Assembly: GCA_034780895.1 (NCBI GenBank)
Contig: JAUZTB010000027.1
Span: 42,100,304 to 42,164,303 of the forward strand
From: Rhynchobatus australiae
Lineage: Eukaryota
Direction of reading: 5' to 3'
DNA length: 64,000 nucleotides
Shown here: one piece after another, positions 39,371-52,869 of the stretch
Layout: each line of letters opens with the position of its first letter
Numbering within the stretch: position 1 is the stretch's first letter
Made by a program: the position numbers and the translations under genes
Notes under the pieces: generated by a model
The model's input: only the letters and a program-made list of their open reading frames with translations
The model's database searches: none
What the model was told of the DNA's origin: nothing

Positions 39371-41589
39371 CTTCTCGGGAATCAGTGTAGCGATACGGTC
39401 CTACACTGATGTCAGCCAATGTATATTACTGGAGGTACAGAGACCAAACCTGTGCACACTACTCCAAATGATGTCTCAACAAGACTTCTTGCTTTGGTAC
39501 TCCATTGTACTGGCAATAAAGGCCAATATACCATTTCCCATCCTAACTGCTTGGTGTATTTCTTGTTTATTCTTTGTATTTACCAAGTTCCCTCTGCATC
39601 AGCATTTATTGGTTTCCTATTGTTTTAAAAGAACAGTATTCTCTTCTATTCTTACTGCACTGAATAACCTTGCATTTTCCTAAGCTGTACTCAAATTTGA
39701 GTGCAACTTGTGTTTGTACTCATAAAAAAATATGGTTCATTTAGGTTATTAAGAAATGTCAAAATCAAGATTTTCTGTATATGCACAACTGAATCAAAAT
39801 GTGCACATTTGAATTCAATTTAAGTAATTAACACTTATTTAATTCTCTGCTGGAGTAGAATCAGACTTTCTCCCATTGCTGACACAACCACTGCTTGGAT
39901 TTTGGAGCATCTACATAGTGCACCACACATGAAATTTAAAGTTTGGTCTCAGCTGCACAATTCACTAGCAGCAACTGTAAATAACATTTTTAAAAGGCAC
40001 ACAGAGGATGACATCGCTTGTGGGATTATTTAGGTAACAGTACAATTGGGATCTGTTGAATTAAACCAACAAACCTTTTGAGCTGTTTTGCCAAAAGATT
40101 TGCAGTGAGAATGCTACCACATTCACACCAGCTTTATATACAGTTGTCCAATTGGAGGTATTCTGATATGTTCTCCGAGCAAGCGTGATAAACTGAGGGA
40201 TACACTAATGACAGATGTTTGTACTGAGTATACTATTACCCTTCTGTGGCAACACTGCTTGGAAAAGTTCTTAATGCATTCAAAAGGTAATAGGTTGCTG
40301 TAATATCTCAGATCTGATTCTCTGACATTGTTCTTGCTCCACTTACTCTGATTTCAGAGTTATCCACGTACAGAAACCCTGCCATTGTTGAGCAGTATGA
40401 TATAAAGGCTAGCCTGAACTCTGCTTTTATGCAGATAGCAGACAACTTAGGCTGGTGCGTTATTCAAACTTGTGTGTTCGTTGAAACCAATCTAATCTAC
40501 CAGGAAATAGCTTTAGCGCCAAAGTGATCCTATCAGTCACAATGCTGCATTGGTTTACTTTACTGAGACTATTAACAGCTAATTTGTTAATATAAATTGT
40601 GAACAGCTGGGGGTCCTGGTTTCTGACAGGTGTTTTTTNNNNNNNNNNNNNNNNNNNNNNNNNNNNNNNNNNNNNGGTCCCACTCCATGTGATTACTATT
40701 TTTGTCTCTTTACACAAGATAAGACCTAAGAGTCCTAGTCCCTAGTTGGTTCCATGGCATTGTTCCAGAAAACTATCCCAAATAGATTCTGTGAATTCAT
40801 CTTCCAAATTGCTTTTGGCAATTTCTTTTGCTCAGTCTGTGTGTAGGTTAAAGTACTCTGATTATTGTATTTCATTTGCTAAAGGCTTTTCATATTTCTT
40901 GGTTTATTCTCCAAATATATTCCTCATGTAAAGGCACCTGAAAACTACTCCAACCAGTGATTTTTGTCCTCCATCTCTAATACCCACCGTACCAGTTCTA
41001 TTTCTGTTCTTCTTGGTCTAGATATTTTCTCACTACTGCCCTTAATTTGGTGTTTGTATAAAATGTATCATCTCATTTTGTTTTCTGAACTTTATAAACT
41101 TCAAGCACCCAGAAATATTTAATTCTTTGTCTTTAGTCACCTTGTAGCCACATGTCTTTAATAGCTATTACACCAAAGCTATTTGACTCCAGATGGAAAA
41201 AATAGTACTTTAAGAATGCCTTTTCTAATGTTTTGCCACTTTTTTCTAGAATTAACTTTGCATGTTGATTTCACTGTTAGAGTTAAACACTGTCCTTTAC
41301 CATCTCAATATGTTTTATCCAGTTTTACTGTTTTAAGAGACTGAAAAGTGATTTTTGCAAAAGTCATCTGGAAACTTGACAATAAAATTAATCCTGGGGG
41401 GAAAAGGGGAGGCATTTAAAGAGATTCAAGGAGTTCAGTGTAAATGTTCCTAGAAGGGAAAAGAGGGAGGGACTACTAAATCAACACTGAAAAGGTGTGC
41501 AGAAGGTAGGATAAGAATTCTCAGGAACTAAATTTTAAATTGACATCTACCCACTCACAAATTCTAGCCAATGCAGAACCTACACTGTT

Positions 41590-42280
41590 CCTGAAGCTGA
41601 TTAAGGAATGTGGGCCACCAGGCAGAACAGATGATGCTGAGTTGAGAACAATTTGTGGAATTTAGTGTCCATTTTGATAGCAAACATTATTAACCCTTTA
41701 GGAATCTTGCACATTCTCCTACAGATGGGGCAGGAGGCGTTTGATGGGGCAGGTGGGTGTGTAGTTTGTGAGGTGATATACTCCTTCCATGGCTTACACA
41801 AGACTTTTGTGAGTTCCTGATGCACGGATTTCAGGTTCTTGATTCCATCCCTGGTCCAAGACTCCACTTAGAGCAGTCTTAGACCAGAGATGCCTTGGGT
41901 GTTTCATTCCTGATAATGTCCTCATTCAAGAATATGTCCTCATTCAAGAGTTGTGGAAGAATAGCTAAGCAATATGCTGAGATATCTGCTTTCCTCATGG
42001 ATTTCCAAAGTTTTAGTTATGAGTCACGATCCTCAGCATTGACTGGTAAATCATGCAAAAGATGCATTTCAGATTCAGTATCTGCTGACCTGTATCAGGC
42101 AGGAGAGATACACCAATGTATTTATTTAAGGAGAAGGTATGGAATTGGTTATTTGCATAGCTGGTGAACTTGCCAGTGTGGGTGGAATTTTTATTCCTTT
42201 TCATTAAAGCTGTTCAGTCCAGGCTGGAGTGATTGTCCTCATTAAATGTGCTCCTTGGAGATCCTGCTGAATGAATTATG
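41590..42280 (-). mobile_element. RTE-like LINE 3' remnant
   Basis: Minus ORF 41601-41867 contains CPICRRMCKIPKGL, resembling the C-terminal CxxCxRxCxSxIGL motif of RTE elements; truncated by an N gap. Confidence 0.5.
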
Positions 42281-45200
42281 NNNNNNNNNNNNNNNNNNNN
42301 NNNNNNNNNNNNNNNNNNNNNNNNNNNNNNNNNNNNNNNNNNNNNNNNNNNNNNNNNNNNNNNNNNNNNNNNNNNNNNNNNNNNNNNNNNNNNNNNNNNN
42401 NNNNNNNNNNNNNNNNNNNNNNNNNNNNNNNNNNNNNNNNNNNNNNNNNNNNNNNNNNNNNNNNNNNNNNNNNNNNNNNNNNNNNNNNNNNNNNNNNNNN
42501 NNNNNNNNNNNNNNNNNNNNNNNNNNNNNNNNNNNNNNNNNNNNNNNNNNNNNNNNNNNNNNNNNNNNNNNNNNNNNNNNNNNNNNNNNNNNNNNNNNNN
42601 NNNNNNNNNNNNNNNNNNNNNNNNNNNNNNNNNNNNNNNNNNNNNNNNNNNNNNNNNNNNNNNNNNNNNNNNNNNNNNNNNNNNNNNNNNNNNNNNNNNN
42701 NNTGAAAAATACATTGGTAACTTGAATCAATGTTAGCCCTCAGGCCTCTGAGTCAAAACCACGTGGGCTCAAGCCAGAGGAATTTGCATAAAATCTGGGC
42801 TGAGACAGATGCAGAAGATTCTGCAGAACCATTCAAAGAGCTGTGGAGTTCATGGATGCACTGGGAACTAGGTAGCATTTAGTCCTCAATACGCTAACCT
42901 CCTTGCACTTAAAGTTAATTAACCATTTGTGTTTCTAATTGCATGGTGTACATTCATATTAGTTTTCTGTACTTCATGTGCAAGCAGACACACATCCCTC
43001 TGAGCAGCAGTGTTTAATTGTTTCTCACCATTTAAAAAAATATATCTTTCTACTTCACTGATTTATTCTGTATGACACCTTTTTTGCACATTCTGTTTTT
43101 TTTTTGTCTGTCTTCCTTTACTGACTTTGTCATAACCTGCTTTACATTGGCAGCAAACTTGAATACGTTATATGGAATGCTTTGCTAATTTCTAAATTTC
43201 TCTTAATCTTCATCATTTTATATCACATATTAACCTATTACCCTTGTTTCATTCCCCATAGATGGATTACTTTTTCAATGAAACTTCCATTTCTCAGTGG
43301 AGTATGTTCCTTAATAATGAAATATTTCAAATGTTTGCCATTGCTCATCTACTGTTGATTCTTCATAATCTGCTTTAGCCAACATATTTAAGAAATAAAC
43401 TTTATTTAAATTTAATTCTCTTTCAGAGCAAAGAGAAATTCATATGTAATAAGACAGAGCTAGAGACTATTGCAAAAAGCAAGAGATGTGAGCGTGAATG
43501 TTATTTTTAACAGACACCTGATTAAATATGGAGGAAGAGAAAAGTGGAAATCCTATCCAAGAGCAAATCAGAGCAGAAATTCTTCCAGGCAGTCATTCCA
43601 GGAAGAGAAGTGCCAGGGAATTAAATGCTTAAAAAAAAGGCAAACAAACTGCAGGCAGATGCTTGAAACCGAAAAGGAGAATAGAAAATGTGCTGGAAAT
43701 ATTGAGCACATCAAGCAGAATTTCTAAAGAGAGAGAAACAGTTAGAATTTCCTTCTGTTATCAATTTTAACAAGTACAAAGGGTGAGAAAGTGGGGGAAA
43801 TGGCGAAAAGAACAAAATGGAGTGGGAGACACAAGTGATTGAAGAACAATAACAGTGGTAAAAGGCAATGGGACAAAACAAACAAAAAAAGTCCTAGCCA
43901 AGAAATTCCTTTCCTACTTTTAACTAAGGCTAAAGCAGCATTTTTAAAGCTGCCAATACTTTTATAAATACCTAGTAGATTGAAATCTTCTATTGCAAAA
44001 TTCTCAGAACAGTGTTGTTGGGTTTCCCATAATAAAGATGCACTATGTTAGCTTCAGTGTGCACTATGCTATAGATCTATTGCAAGATGTCTCAGTTGTC
44101 AGTACTTAGCCTCATATCAGTGATCTTTTGGTAAGCCTTTATAGGGACAAACACACACAATACAAACCACACTGCTTCAATGGTGGGAGAGTGCTGCTGC
44201 TTTGTGAATTGATGCTACAGTGATGAGAGAAGGGAGGCTGAGTGCTCCCAAAGTCTGCGGACATGGACAGGCTGGTGGAGAACAATTTCTGCAGGAAATC
44301 CCCAATCTCGTCAGGTGCTCCAAGCAAGAAGTTGCTAATGATGTCTCATTAAGAAGTAATCTACATAAGTGCAGTCAACAAATGCCTCACTAAGTTCTTC
44401 ATTCACTGTCTCCTTGCTGCTGCTCTGCGTCACCTGCTGTTCTCCATCTTGCTGGATCTGTGCCCACCAGTACTGTACCCAAGTGTTAAACAGCAACAGG
44501 CCTTTGCCCACTGAGATTGTACCCTGCTCATTAAGCAATTAAGGCCAATGTGGCAAAGCCAGTAAATAAAATAAACACAAAGTTATATCACCATATAATG
44601 AGAGATCTGTAACCACCAGCATTGTATGTATTTTATGGCATCAGACCTTTTGGCTGCCAGCAGTATACATTGTCAAAAGCTGAATGTTGACCTGGATATG
44701 GAGTCTGAAATATGATAATGACTGCATTTTTTTTTGCTGTAGATATTGACTGATGGATGATTTTTAAGCTTGACAATAAGGATAAAAAGCCTAAGAATAA
44801 AGCCATGGGATCTTTATAACCTACCTAAGTACACTTGGTTTAACATTTCATTCAAAAGGCTGCACCTTCAATGATTTGGTGTATTCTCTGTACTGTGCTA
44901 GAGTCTGGGTTATCTGGTATTATAGCTCTGTATTCATTTTTTTCATCTACAATCTTTTCCACATTGGCCAGACCTTAAATGAATCCAGGCTCTTTCCGGT
45001 GGCAATGTGCTTATCTGAAACAAGTCCCAGGTTTGATAGAGCACTTGTTACCGAAGAGCCTAAAGAGGTCTGCAGTACTGGTGACTGAAGAGCTATGAGG
45101 TACTTCCACTATAGTATGGGTTGGAAGTCATCTCAGGCCATTTACCTCAACCATCCCTTTAATCTATTACTCCAGATGGAGAACCATTACCTGAAACTTC

Positions 45201-45529
45201 CTTTTTCCCTTAACTGGTGCTAAATTTTGCTCACATTGACTCCTTTGTAAGTTGATTGTAAGTTGCAAGTTATGGAACATAAATCCCTTCAGAATTTTTT
45301 TTCTCTATCCTTTTACTGATAGTTATGCAATTATTTTGGAACCTTGCCCAGGCCTTGTACTTAATGAGTGTTGGTTGCTCTAGGACTGCTTAATTGATAT
45401 GTTAATCTTTAGCCAATACCCTGCACCTCCTGTTTTTCTTGATTACAGGAATGTATATGGTACCCAAGATGTCTTTGTTCTATTGAGTCAGCAGCTCAAA
45501 CTGATCTTGCAATCTTCTTCTCTCCATAG

Positions 45530-45573
45530 GTGATTGAAGTTTATGACTTGAGTAAAGTTAAATTGAAATACTG
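45530..45573 (+). CDS. PHAF1: PHAF1 coding exon 4
   Basis: tctccatAG|VIEVYDLSKVKLKY+TG|GTGAGT, 44 nt, phase 0 to 2. Confidence 0.96.
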
Positions 45574-45739
45574 GTGAGTGGTTTTACTATATTGTGTTAG
45601 TATGTATCAAAACGAGCAATCATGCTGGAGTCCCAGATATAGGTTGGTGGCCTGTGCAAGGGTACTGAGTGTGCAAGTTGGTTCAAAGTTTGATTGTCTT
45701 CTAGCGGCAGAACAACTGAAGGAAGTCTGGAGAAACGAG

Positions 45740-45890
45740 TGATGGCAGATACTAAATTTGGAGCAAAAAACAAACTGTTGGAAGAACTCAGCAGGTCACG
45801 TAGCACCTGTGGGGGCAGAGGGATGGTCAATGTTTCAGGTCGTGACCCTGCATCAGGACCCACTGAGTTCTTCCAACAGTTTGTTTTATT
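45740..45890 (-). mobile_element. Penelope-like terminal repeat with perfect 25-bp inverted repeat
   Basis: 45767-45791 aaaacaaactgttggaagaactcag is the exact reverse complement of 45863-45887; hammerhead-like motif between them on the minus strand. Confidence 0.8.
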
Positions 45891-48274
45891 TGCTGAGGGA
45901 AATCTGGTCCTGAATTGATCGATCTTCAAGTCAGGTTGCTGTGATGTTCCTAGGGCTTTGGAAAATTGTAGTTGTCTTTAATCAGATGACAATAATTGAG
46001 CAAAGATTATGAGCGCTTCATATTCCCACTGATTTCTTGCTTAATAGGTGAAATGCAAGAAAATAATATAATTTATGTTTTTACACTGGGAAATAAAGCT
46101 CTTCCAACATTTATTTTACCTTCATTTTAACTATAGGGAGACGGTCCTGTGGCAGGAAATGGGGAAGTAAGTTTTAAATTTGGGTTCAGATGAAACCTCG
46201 AAGACAGAGGCACAAAGCTTAGTCAGCAATCTAAACTGGCCTTGCATTTAAGTGCTTTACCAGAATGATCACCAGTATTTCACGATCACATTTCACAGTT
46301 TGGAACTTTCCACAGGAAGCAAACCCTATTGTCCATACCTATACAGTGGTCCGCTAACACTATGTTGTGTGCTTTTTCCTCTGACCTTCCACGCCCTCTG
46401 GATGGCAGAATGCAACTAGATTTAAATCTGAGTTTAGCAGGATAGGACTTGAACCTGTGCTTTCTGGTCCATGGAACTTGCCTGTCCCATACCATTGAGC
46501 TTTCAGAACTGGAGGAATAGTTTTTTGAAAAATATACTGTCAAATATTGGGCAGCTCTTGCTAAGTTAGAGGGAAACTATCCATTAGTAGAAAATGCACC
46601 ACAGAATTGGCTCAAGGGGTCCAGAGCCTCAAACTCAAATATTAATTTGAGGAAATTAATTTATTATCCTTGACACATGGTTCAATAATTGAAGATTGGG
46701 ACATTGTAATGCTTGTGTTGATTAGTGTGAATGTTTTAGGTATTTTGCACTTCTATATGTCCCAGCTGAAACCAGGAGGCTAGGCAGTTGATTTTCTTAT
46801 GAGCCTTACCTAAATATTGCTCTGAAGTGGCCTCCAAGAGTTAAGGAAATCAGGAAATGATTTTGGCTCCAAACTTTCTCATCTCTCATTAATGCAGCTG
46901 AAAACTCCATGGAGAATGTGATGGAATGGTTTGCATTCCTGTAATGTCATAACACTGGAATAGCAATTTTATATGCCTTTTTTTAATGCTGCTATCGCTG
47001 AAAATGATCATCGTCAAAAACAATATATTTTCTTGACAATTTTACCAACAATTATCACAGGTAATCAAAGAATAATCCAAAAAACCAAGTTCTACCTTGA
47101 TAATTGTACAGCATTTGCATAATGTTGCTGTGGGCCAAGAATTTCAGTACAAGGCCACTGAAGATTGAGGAAAAGGTCTATGGATTTTTAAGATGGAAGC
47201 AGATGAGCAAACTATATTGCATTGTTTTTTTGTACTCCATGGATTATCTATTACTTTGCAGGCTCAAGATTAATAGGAATCCTGCCCAGCCATTTCAAAT
47301 ACAAGTCCTGAATGTGTCACTTATAGCATACCCTATGGAAAAAAAATGGGAGGGAACTGACTTCGAAAACAAAATCTAGAAAAGAATAAGGCATCACTGA
47401 TTATTTGATTTTAAAAACAAAACAAGTAACCCAATGATCTTAACTGGAAATCCAACTCTCTCTTTTCCAAGCTATTAATGAATGGCCCATAGATGGAAAT
47501 AATTGCCATTTAATTTTAAATATCCATGTTTGCACAGTGTGCTATAAACATTGAGAAAACAATTTTTGGATGGTAATGAGTCAGCAGCAAATGACCTTTT
47601 TGTCATCTCGGGAGATTCATTATAACGGGATCACCTAGCACTGATTCAAACTTAGACCTTCTTGTCTGTGTTCACCCATTGAATTGATAAGCCATGAAAG
47701 CCAGGAAGAGCCTTGAATCGTTGTTACCTAAACTGTTTCAAAGTTTTCCATCGATCTTTGCTTTAAGTGATCCATTTCTTCCTGGTTAGAGAAGGACATA
47801 TTTTCAAAATTGCCATAGATAACACTTGTGATAAGCGGGTGCAATGCCCTGAGAGAAAATGGCCTACAACGCTCTTTGACCAGACCCAGTGAAACTCTGA
47901 TAATCCAGTATCCAATTCTTTAGAGGTCTTGATGCTCTGGCATCTGGCTCAGTCATGAGTCTGTAATGTGAGCCGGGGGTCAAGAGAGTGAGTGGGAACG
48001 GTGGCTTCAGAACCTGGCCAGGACCAGGGTCTAGACTGTGGGCCAGGAGTGAGGCTGGAACAAAGGAACAGATGGTCAGTGCCAGCGTCCAGAGTGCTTG
48101 TATATTTCTTGCCCCTTTTAAACCTTCTGGATTCACTGAAGAATTTATTTTTCTACTGTGTAACACACAATAAAAAGTGAAATAGAGGTGTGTTTGGGTA
48201 TTAATAAGAGTTGTGTGCAATAATCCAGAAAGTTTGCACTGCCAAAGTCCCAAAGGTGCCAGAGTTTTACTGTA

Positions 48275-48426
48275 CAGGTCCTCCCCAGGTTACAGCAGGG
48301 TTACTTTATTATGAACTGTTCGTAACACAAACAGTTTGCAAGTCATAAATTCAGCTGCGCACTGCCAGCAAATCTCTCCCGTTAGTCTCCCAAGCGCTCA
48401 CATATGTATGGGCTGTACATAAGTCA
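48275..48426. mobile_element. Tigger/pogo-like MITE, truncated (same family as 55075-55294, opposite orientation)
   Basis: TA followed by caggtcctccccaggttacagcagggtta; the body aligns by eye to the reverse complement of about 55100-55294; abuts a CR1 fragment. Confidence 0.7.
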
Positions 48427-48429
48427 TCT

Positions 48430-49475
48430 CCCAAGCTGGCTGATTGGATCCAAAATTGGCTTGGTGATGGGAAGCAGAAGGTAGTGGTGGAAGGATGTTT
48501 TTCCTGATTGGAAGTTTGTGATCAGTGGTGACCACAGGGATCATTGCTGGGGCCCTTGTTGTCGGTGATTATATATTCATGACATGGATGTGAATGTAGG
48601 AAGTATGATTTAGTAAATGTGGATGAAACAATAGTTGTTGGTGGTGTGGATAGTGAGGAAAGTTGTCTAAAGCTACCGCAGGATATAGATCAGATGGAAA
48701 GTTGGGCGGAGTGTTGGCAGCTGAAACTTAATCCTGACAAGCTGAGGTGATGCATTTGGGAAATCAACTAGGGGTTGGACGTGAACAGTAAGTGGTAGGG
48801 CACTAAGGAAAGTTGAGGGACCTTGGGGATCAAGTCCATAGTTTATATGGTGAAGGAGGCATATGATGCGCTTGCCTCCATAGGTCAGGACATAGAATCT
48901 AAAAGTTGGGACGTTCTGTTGCAACTTTACAAAATGCTGTTTAGAACACACTTGGAGTATTGTGTGCCATTCTGGTTGCTACACTATAGGAAAGGAAGTA
49001 GTTGCACTGGATAGAGTGCAGAGCCGATTCACCAGGATGTTGCCTGGGTTGGAGGACTTCAGTTCAGGGGAGAGATTGGATAAACTGGGTTTTTCTTGGA
49101 ACAAAGGAGGCAGAGGGCTGACCTGATGGAGGTGTATAAAATTGTAAGAAACGTGAGTGGAGTAGATAGTCAGACTCTTCTTCCCATGGTAGGGGTATCA
49201 AAAACGGTTCATAGGTTTTTATTTAAGCTGAGAGGAAAGATTTTTAAAGGGGATTTAAGCGGAAACTTTTTTTTACACGGAGTGGTTGATATTTGGAAGT
49301 GGTTGCCAGAGGAATTGGTGAAATTAGATACAATTACCACATTTAAGAGACATTTAGGCATGGTAGAAAACAATATGGACCAAATGTGGGTAAATGAGAT
49401 TAGTATAAGTGGGTAAAAAGGTCATTATGGAACGGTGGACTGAAAGACCTGTTTCCATGCTGTACAACTCTGACC
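48430..49475 (+). mobile_element. CR1 LINE, RT to 3' tail
   Basis: WIQNWLGDGKQKVVVEG, PQGSLLGPLL, LLQLYKMLFRTHLEYCVPFW, RADLMEVYKIV; tail cctgtttccatgctgtacaactct. Confidence 0.9.
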
Positions 49476-49479
49476 ATGA

Positions 49480-50040
49480 AGTGGAAATCATATACAATAC
49501 TCCAGGACCAATCTTACCAATGCCCAATGATAATTGCAGTAAGATATTGTTACTCCTGTACTCAAATCTTGTAATAAATGCCAATATACCATTCACCTTC
49601 CGAATCACTTGCTGCACCTGCTTGATGATTTTCAGTGACTCTTGTACATGGACACCTAGGTCCCTTCAAACATCAACATTACCCAATCTCTCAGCATTTA
49701 AAAAAAACTCTGCTTTTTGGTTTTGTGCACAAGAGTGGATAACTTCATATTTTTCCACATAATTTAAATCACTCAGATTGTCTATATCCCTTCAAGCCAT
49801 TAACATCCTCCTCCCCACTCACAATCCCACTGAGTTTAGTGTCACCATCAAACTTGAAAATATGATGTTTGGTCCACTCAGTCAAACCTCTGAGAACATT
49901 TGAATAGCTGGGTCCAAACCACTGATCCCTGCGACACCCTACTAGTCACAGCCTGTCGGCCTGACAAAGATCTGTTTGTGCTAACTCTTTGCTGTCTGTC
50001 CAATAACCAGTTCTCGGTCCATGTCTGTACATTACCTGTG
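49480..50040 (-). mobile_element. CR1 LINE internal fragment
   Basis: Minus ORF QQVIRKVNGILAFITRFEYRS..ILLQL; cactgatccctgcgacaccc is the reverse complement of a GVxQGSV motif. Confidence 0.75.
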
Positions 50041-51685
50041 TCTCCTCTTGGCAGTTCCAGTGCTCATTACTATCTCCCATTCTTCACGCTTCATAGTTCT
50101 GAGGCTTTGAGTAACTTGAAAATACCCTAGTAGAACCTTGTATCCAGATTTACAGTGGTAAAATAAACCTTATTAAACAGAATTGCAGATACCGTCACTA
50201 GTATTTCATGGTTACATTTCATAGTTTGGACCCTTCTAATTTAGGGGAAATGAAACCTAACATCTATGGGTCCAATGAAGGTAACTTCTTGTGCAAAGTA
50301 CAACAGAACTTGTGTTTTCTGTAACCTAAAGTTCTGGAATATGTGATTAAAAGCATCTCTTGTCTGTCAAGAACAAAGTGAAGTACATCAATAAACATTT
50401 TTCACATTTGTAAATCAAAGAACTGGAGCCTGCAAGGTTTAGTTCTATGAAGAGGCCTTGGAGCATGTGATCACTACATGATCTGAGAAACTATGCAGCA
50501 TGCAGTTGACTGACTGAATTAAGTGCCTCCTAGAGTACAACTGTCCGCTATCGTCGAGAAATGCAAATCATAAATTCAAATGCTGTCACTACATAGCGAG
50601 ACATTTCATTGTACTTCAAAGTAAAGTTACACTTCTCAAGTTCAGCATGAAGTAAAATTGTGTGAGAGATGCTTTCGCTGATTTTGAGTTGTGGTTTTAA
50701 AAATTTTGTAACCTATTAGTTCTTTTGCTTTAGCCTCAACCCCTCTATGGTTCTGTCTTATAAATTTTCCAATTCCAATTAAAGGTGGACTCTCAGTGTC
50801 ACAGGCAAGCTTCTACATTTATATTGAAACTGGATTGCTCATTTTCAAGAAGGTTTCATCCAAATTAAAGCCATTAATTTCTGCTCCAGGCTCCACACAC
50901 CTTTCAGCCATCTTGTTAAGATATTTTTGCAAAGCAGCTTCTCCAACATGATGCAATGAATTGTTCTTAACTGGCAGACCTATGTGCGAGGGGATAGCAT
51001 CATATTTTACCGTTGAAAATGAATGGCTTTGTTATGGCTTTTAAAAGTTAGGAATTCTGTANNNNNNNNNTTTTTCACTTTCTGCAGTGATCACATGGGG
51101 AGCAAATAAACACCAAAGATTAATGCAAAACATTGTATTATCTATCATTAGAAAAGAGGGTGCTCAGAAATGAAAACTTTAAAGGAAAAGTCACAAATGC
51201 TAACAAATCTCACTCCTTCACAAACCTGCCAGCCTGTTGCCATTGAAGCCCATTTCATTGCTCCAGTGGCAGTGCTCATTTTCCCAAGGTGGGTCCTGTC
51301 ATCTGTATTTTGTACACCTTTGGCTGAAACTGTGCAGTATATTCTGACAACTGTAAGTTTAGTCTGTTCACCATTGGGCTCTTCCTGCAACATGAAGACT
51401 GGTGGTGAGCAGTGGTTATTGTGACCATTTGGGGAACACGTAGGAAGAATTCTTGTGGAAAGGAGTCCAGCAGAATGTAATCTCATTCTTGGCTTTTTGC
51501 CAGCGAGCTACAAAAATAAATCGTAATGGTATGTGACTGCAGGCTGTAATACACTAAATTAAAGCCTAGGGTGATCTTTGAGGGTTGGAGAGGTGCGGGG
51601 GAGGATCAGTGGATATAATCTGTTGTATCTTATTCACTAAGACTCCATGTTCTGTACTAAACCCTTCTGTAATGGATATTTCTGA

Positions 51686-51814
<129 letters not shown>

Positions 51815-51837
51815 TGATGAAGTGAACAGTGAGGCTG

Positions 51838-52305
51838 TGGAAAGGGTACAGGAGGTTTACCAGGATGTCACCTGGATTATAGGGTAGGAGCTATAAGGAG
51901 AAGTTGGACAAACTTGGGTTGTTTTCTCTGGGGACATTGGAGGCTAAGGGGAGACCTGATAGAAGTTTATAAAATTATGAGGGGCGTAGGTCAGGTAGGC
52001 AGTCAGAATCTTTCTCCCAGGATAGAAATGTCAAATATAAGAGGTGTGAAGGGGAAAGTTTAAAGGAGCTGTATGGGGCAATTTTCTTTATCACTGAGTG
52101 ATAGGTAACTGGAATGGGCTGCCAGGGATTGTGGTGGAAGCGGATATGATAGTGGCATTTAAGAGGCTTTTAGATAGCCACATGAATATGCTAGGGATAT
52201 GGACCATGTGCAGGCAGAAGAGATGTAGTTTAATTTGGCATCATGTTCAGCACAGACATTGTGGGCTGGAGGACCTGTTCCTGTGTTGTACTGTTCTGTG
52301 TTCTA
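51838..52305 (+). mobile_element. CR1 LINE 3' fragment
   Basis: ERVQ..FTRM, KLGLFSL..RLRGDLIEVYKIM; tail cctgttcctgtgttgtactgttctgtgttct. Confidence 0.85.
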
Positions 52306-52869
52306 AGCAGGTGTGCACTTGACTGAGGAGCAAGATTCGCATTTTTGAAGGAGTGACAGATCTGCCACATGATGCATCTACAACTGCAGTTGCAGAGCTG
52401 TAGCTGAAAAGTGAAAGTGACTCAAAATATTCTGTCCAGGTTCTGACCTGTGGGGATAATAAAATGGGATGAGTGTAAGTGGGTGTTTGATGGTCAGTGT
52501 GGACTCACCGGGCTGCTGGGCCTGTTTCTGTTGCTGTGTGACTATGATTGAAAATATCCAGCCTCTGATGTGCTTTTTAGCTGCAATCATTCGGTGGTTG
52601 GTCAGGCAAGCTTTTGATCAATGGGAATCCATCCAAAGTGTTGGTGATGGGATATTTGGTGATGGCAATGCTTATTGCATGATCAAAGTAGGTAATTAGT
52701 TTATAGCCTTTTACCTTGCAGTCATGTGGCAGAAATGTTACATGGCACTACTCAAACCAAGTCCAGTTCTTATTGCAAGTTGGCCCAAAATACGTCGCCA
52801 AAGGGTGATGGTTGACAGGTGTTTTTTGTGACCGTTGGGCTCAAGACTTGTTCCTTTGCTTATTGTAAT

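Noticed and set aside
44220-44560. Faint Harbinger-type Myb remnant (APK..SADMDRLVE...KCLTKF)
   Set aside because: Needs several assumed frameshifts and has too few conserved residues to support without a search.
44790-44905. Possible DeuSINE/SacSINE-like core fragment
   Set aside because: Only short patches (ggatctttta, ggtttaacatttcattcaaaagg) resemble the recalled consensus; too decayed to call.
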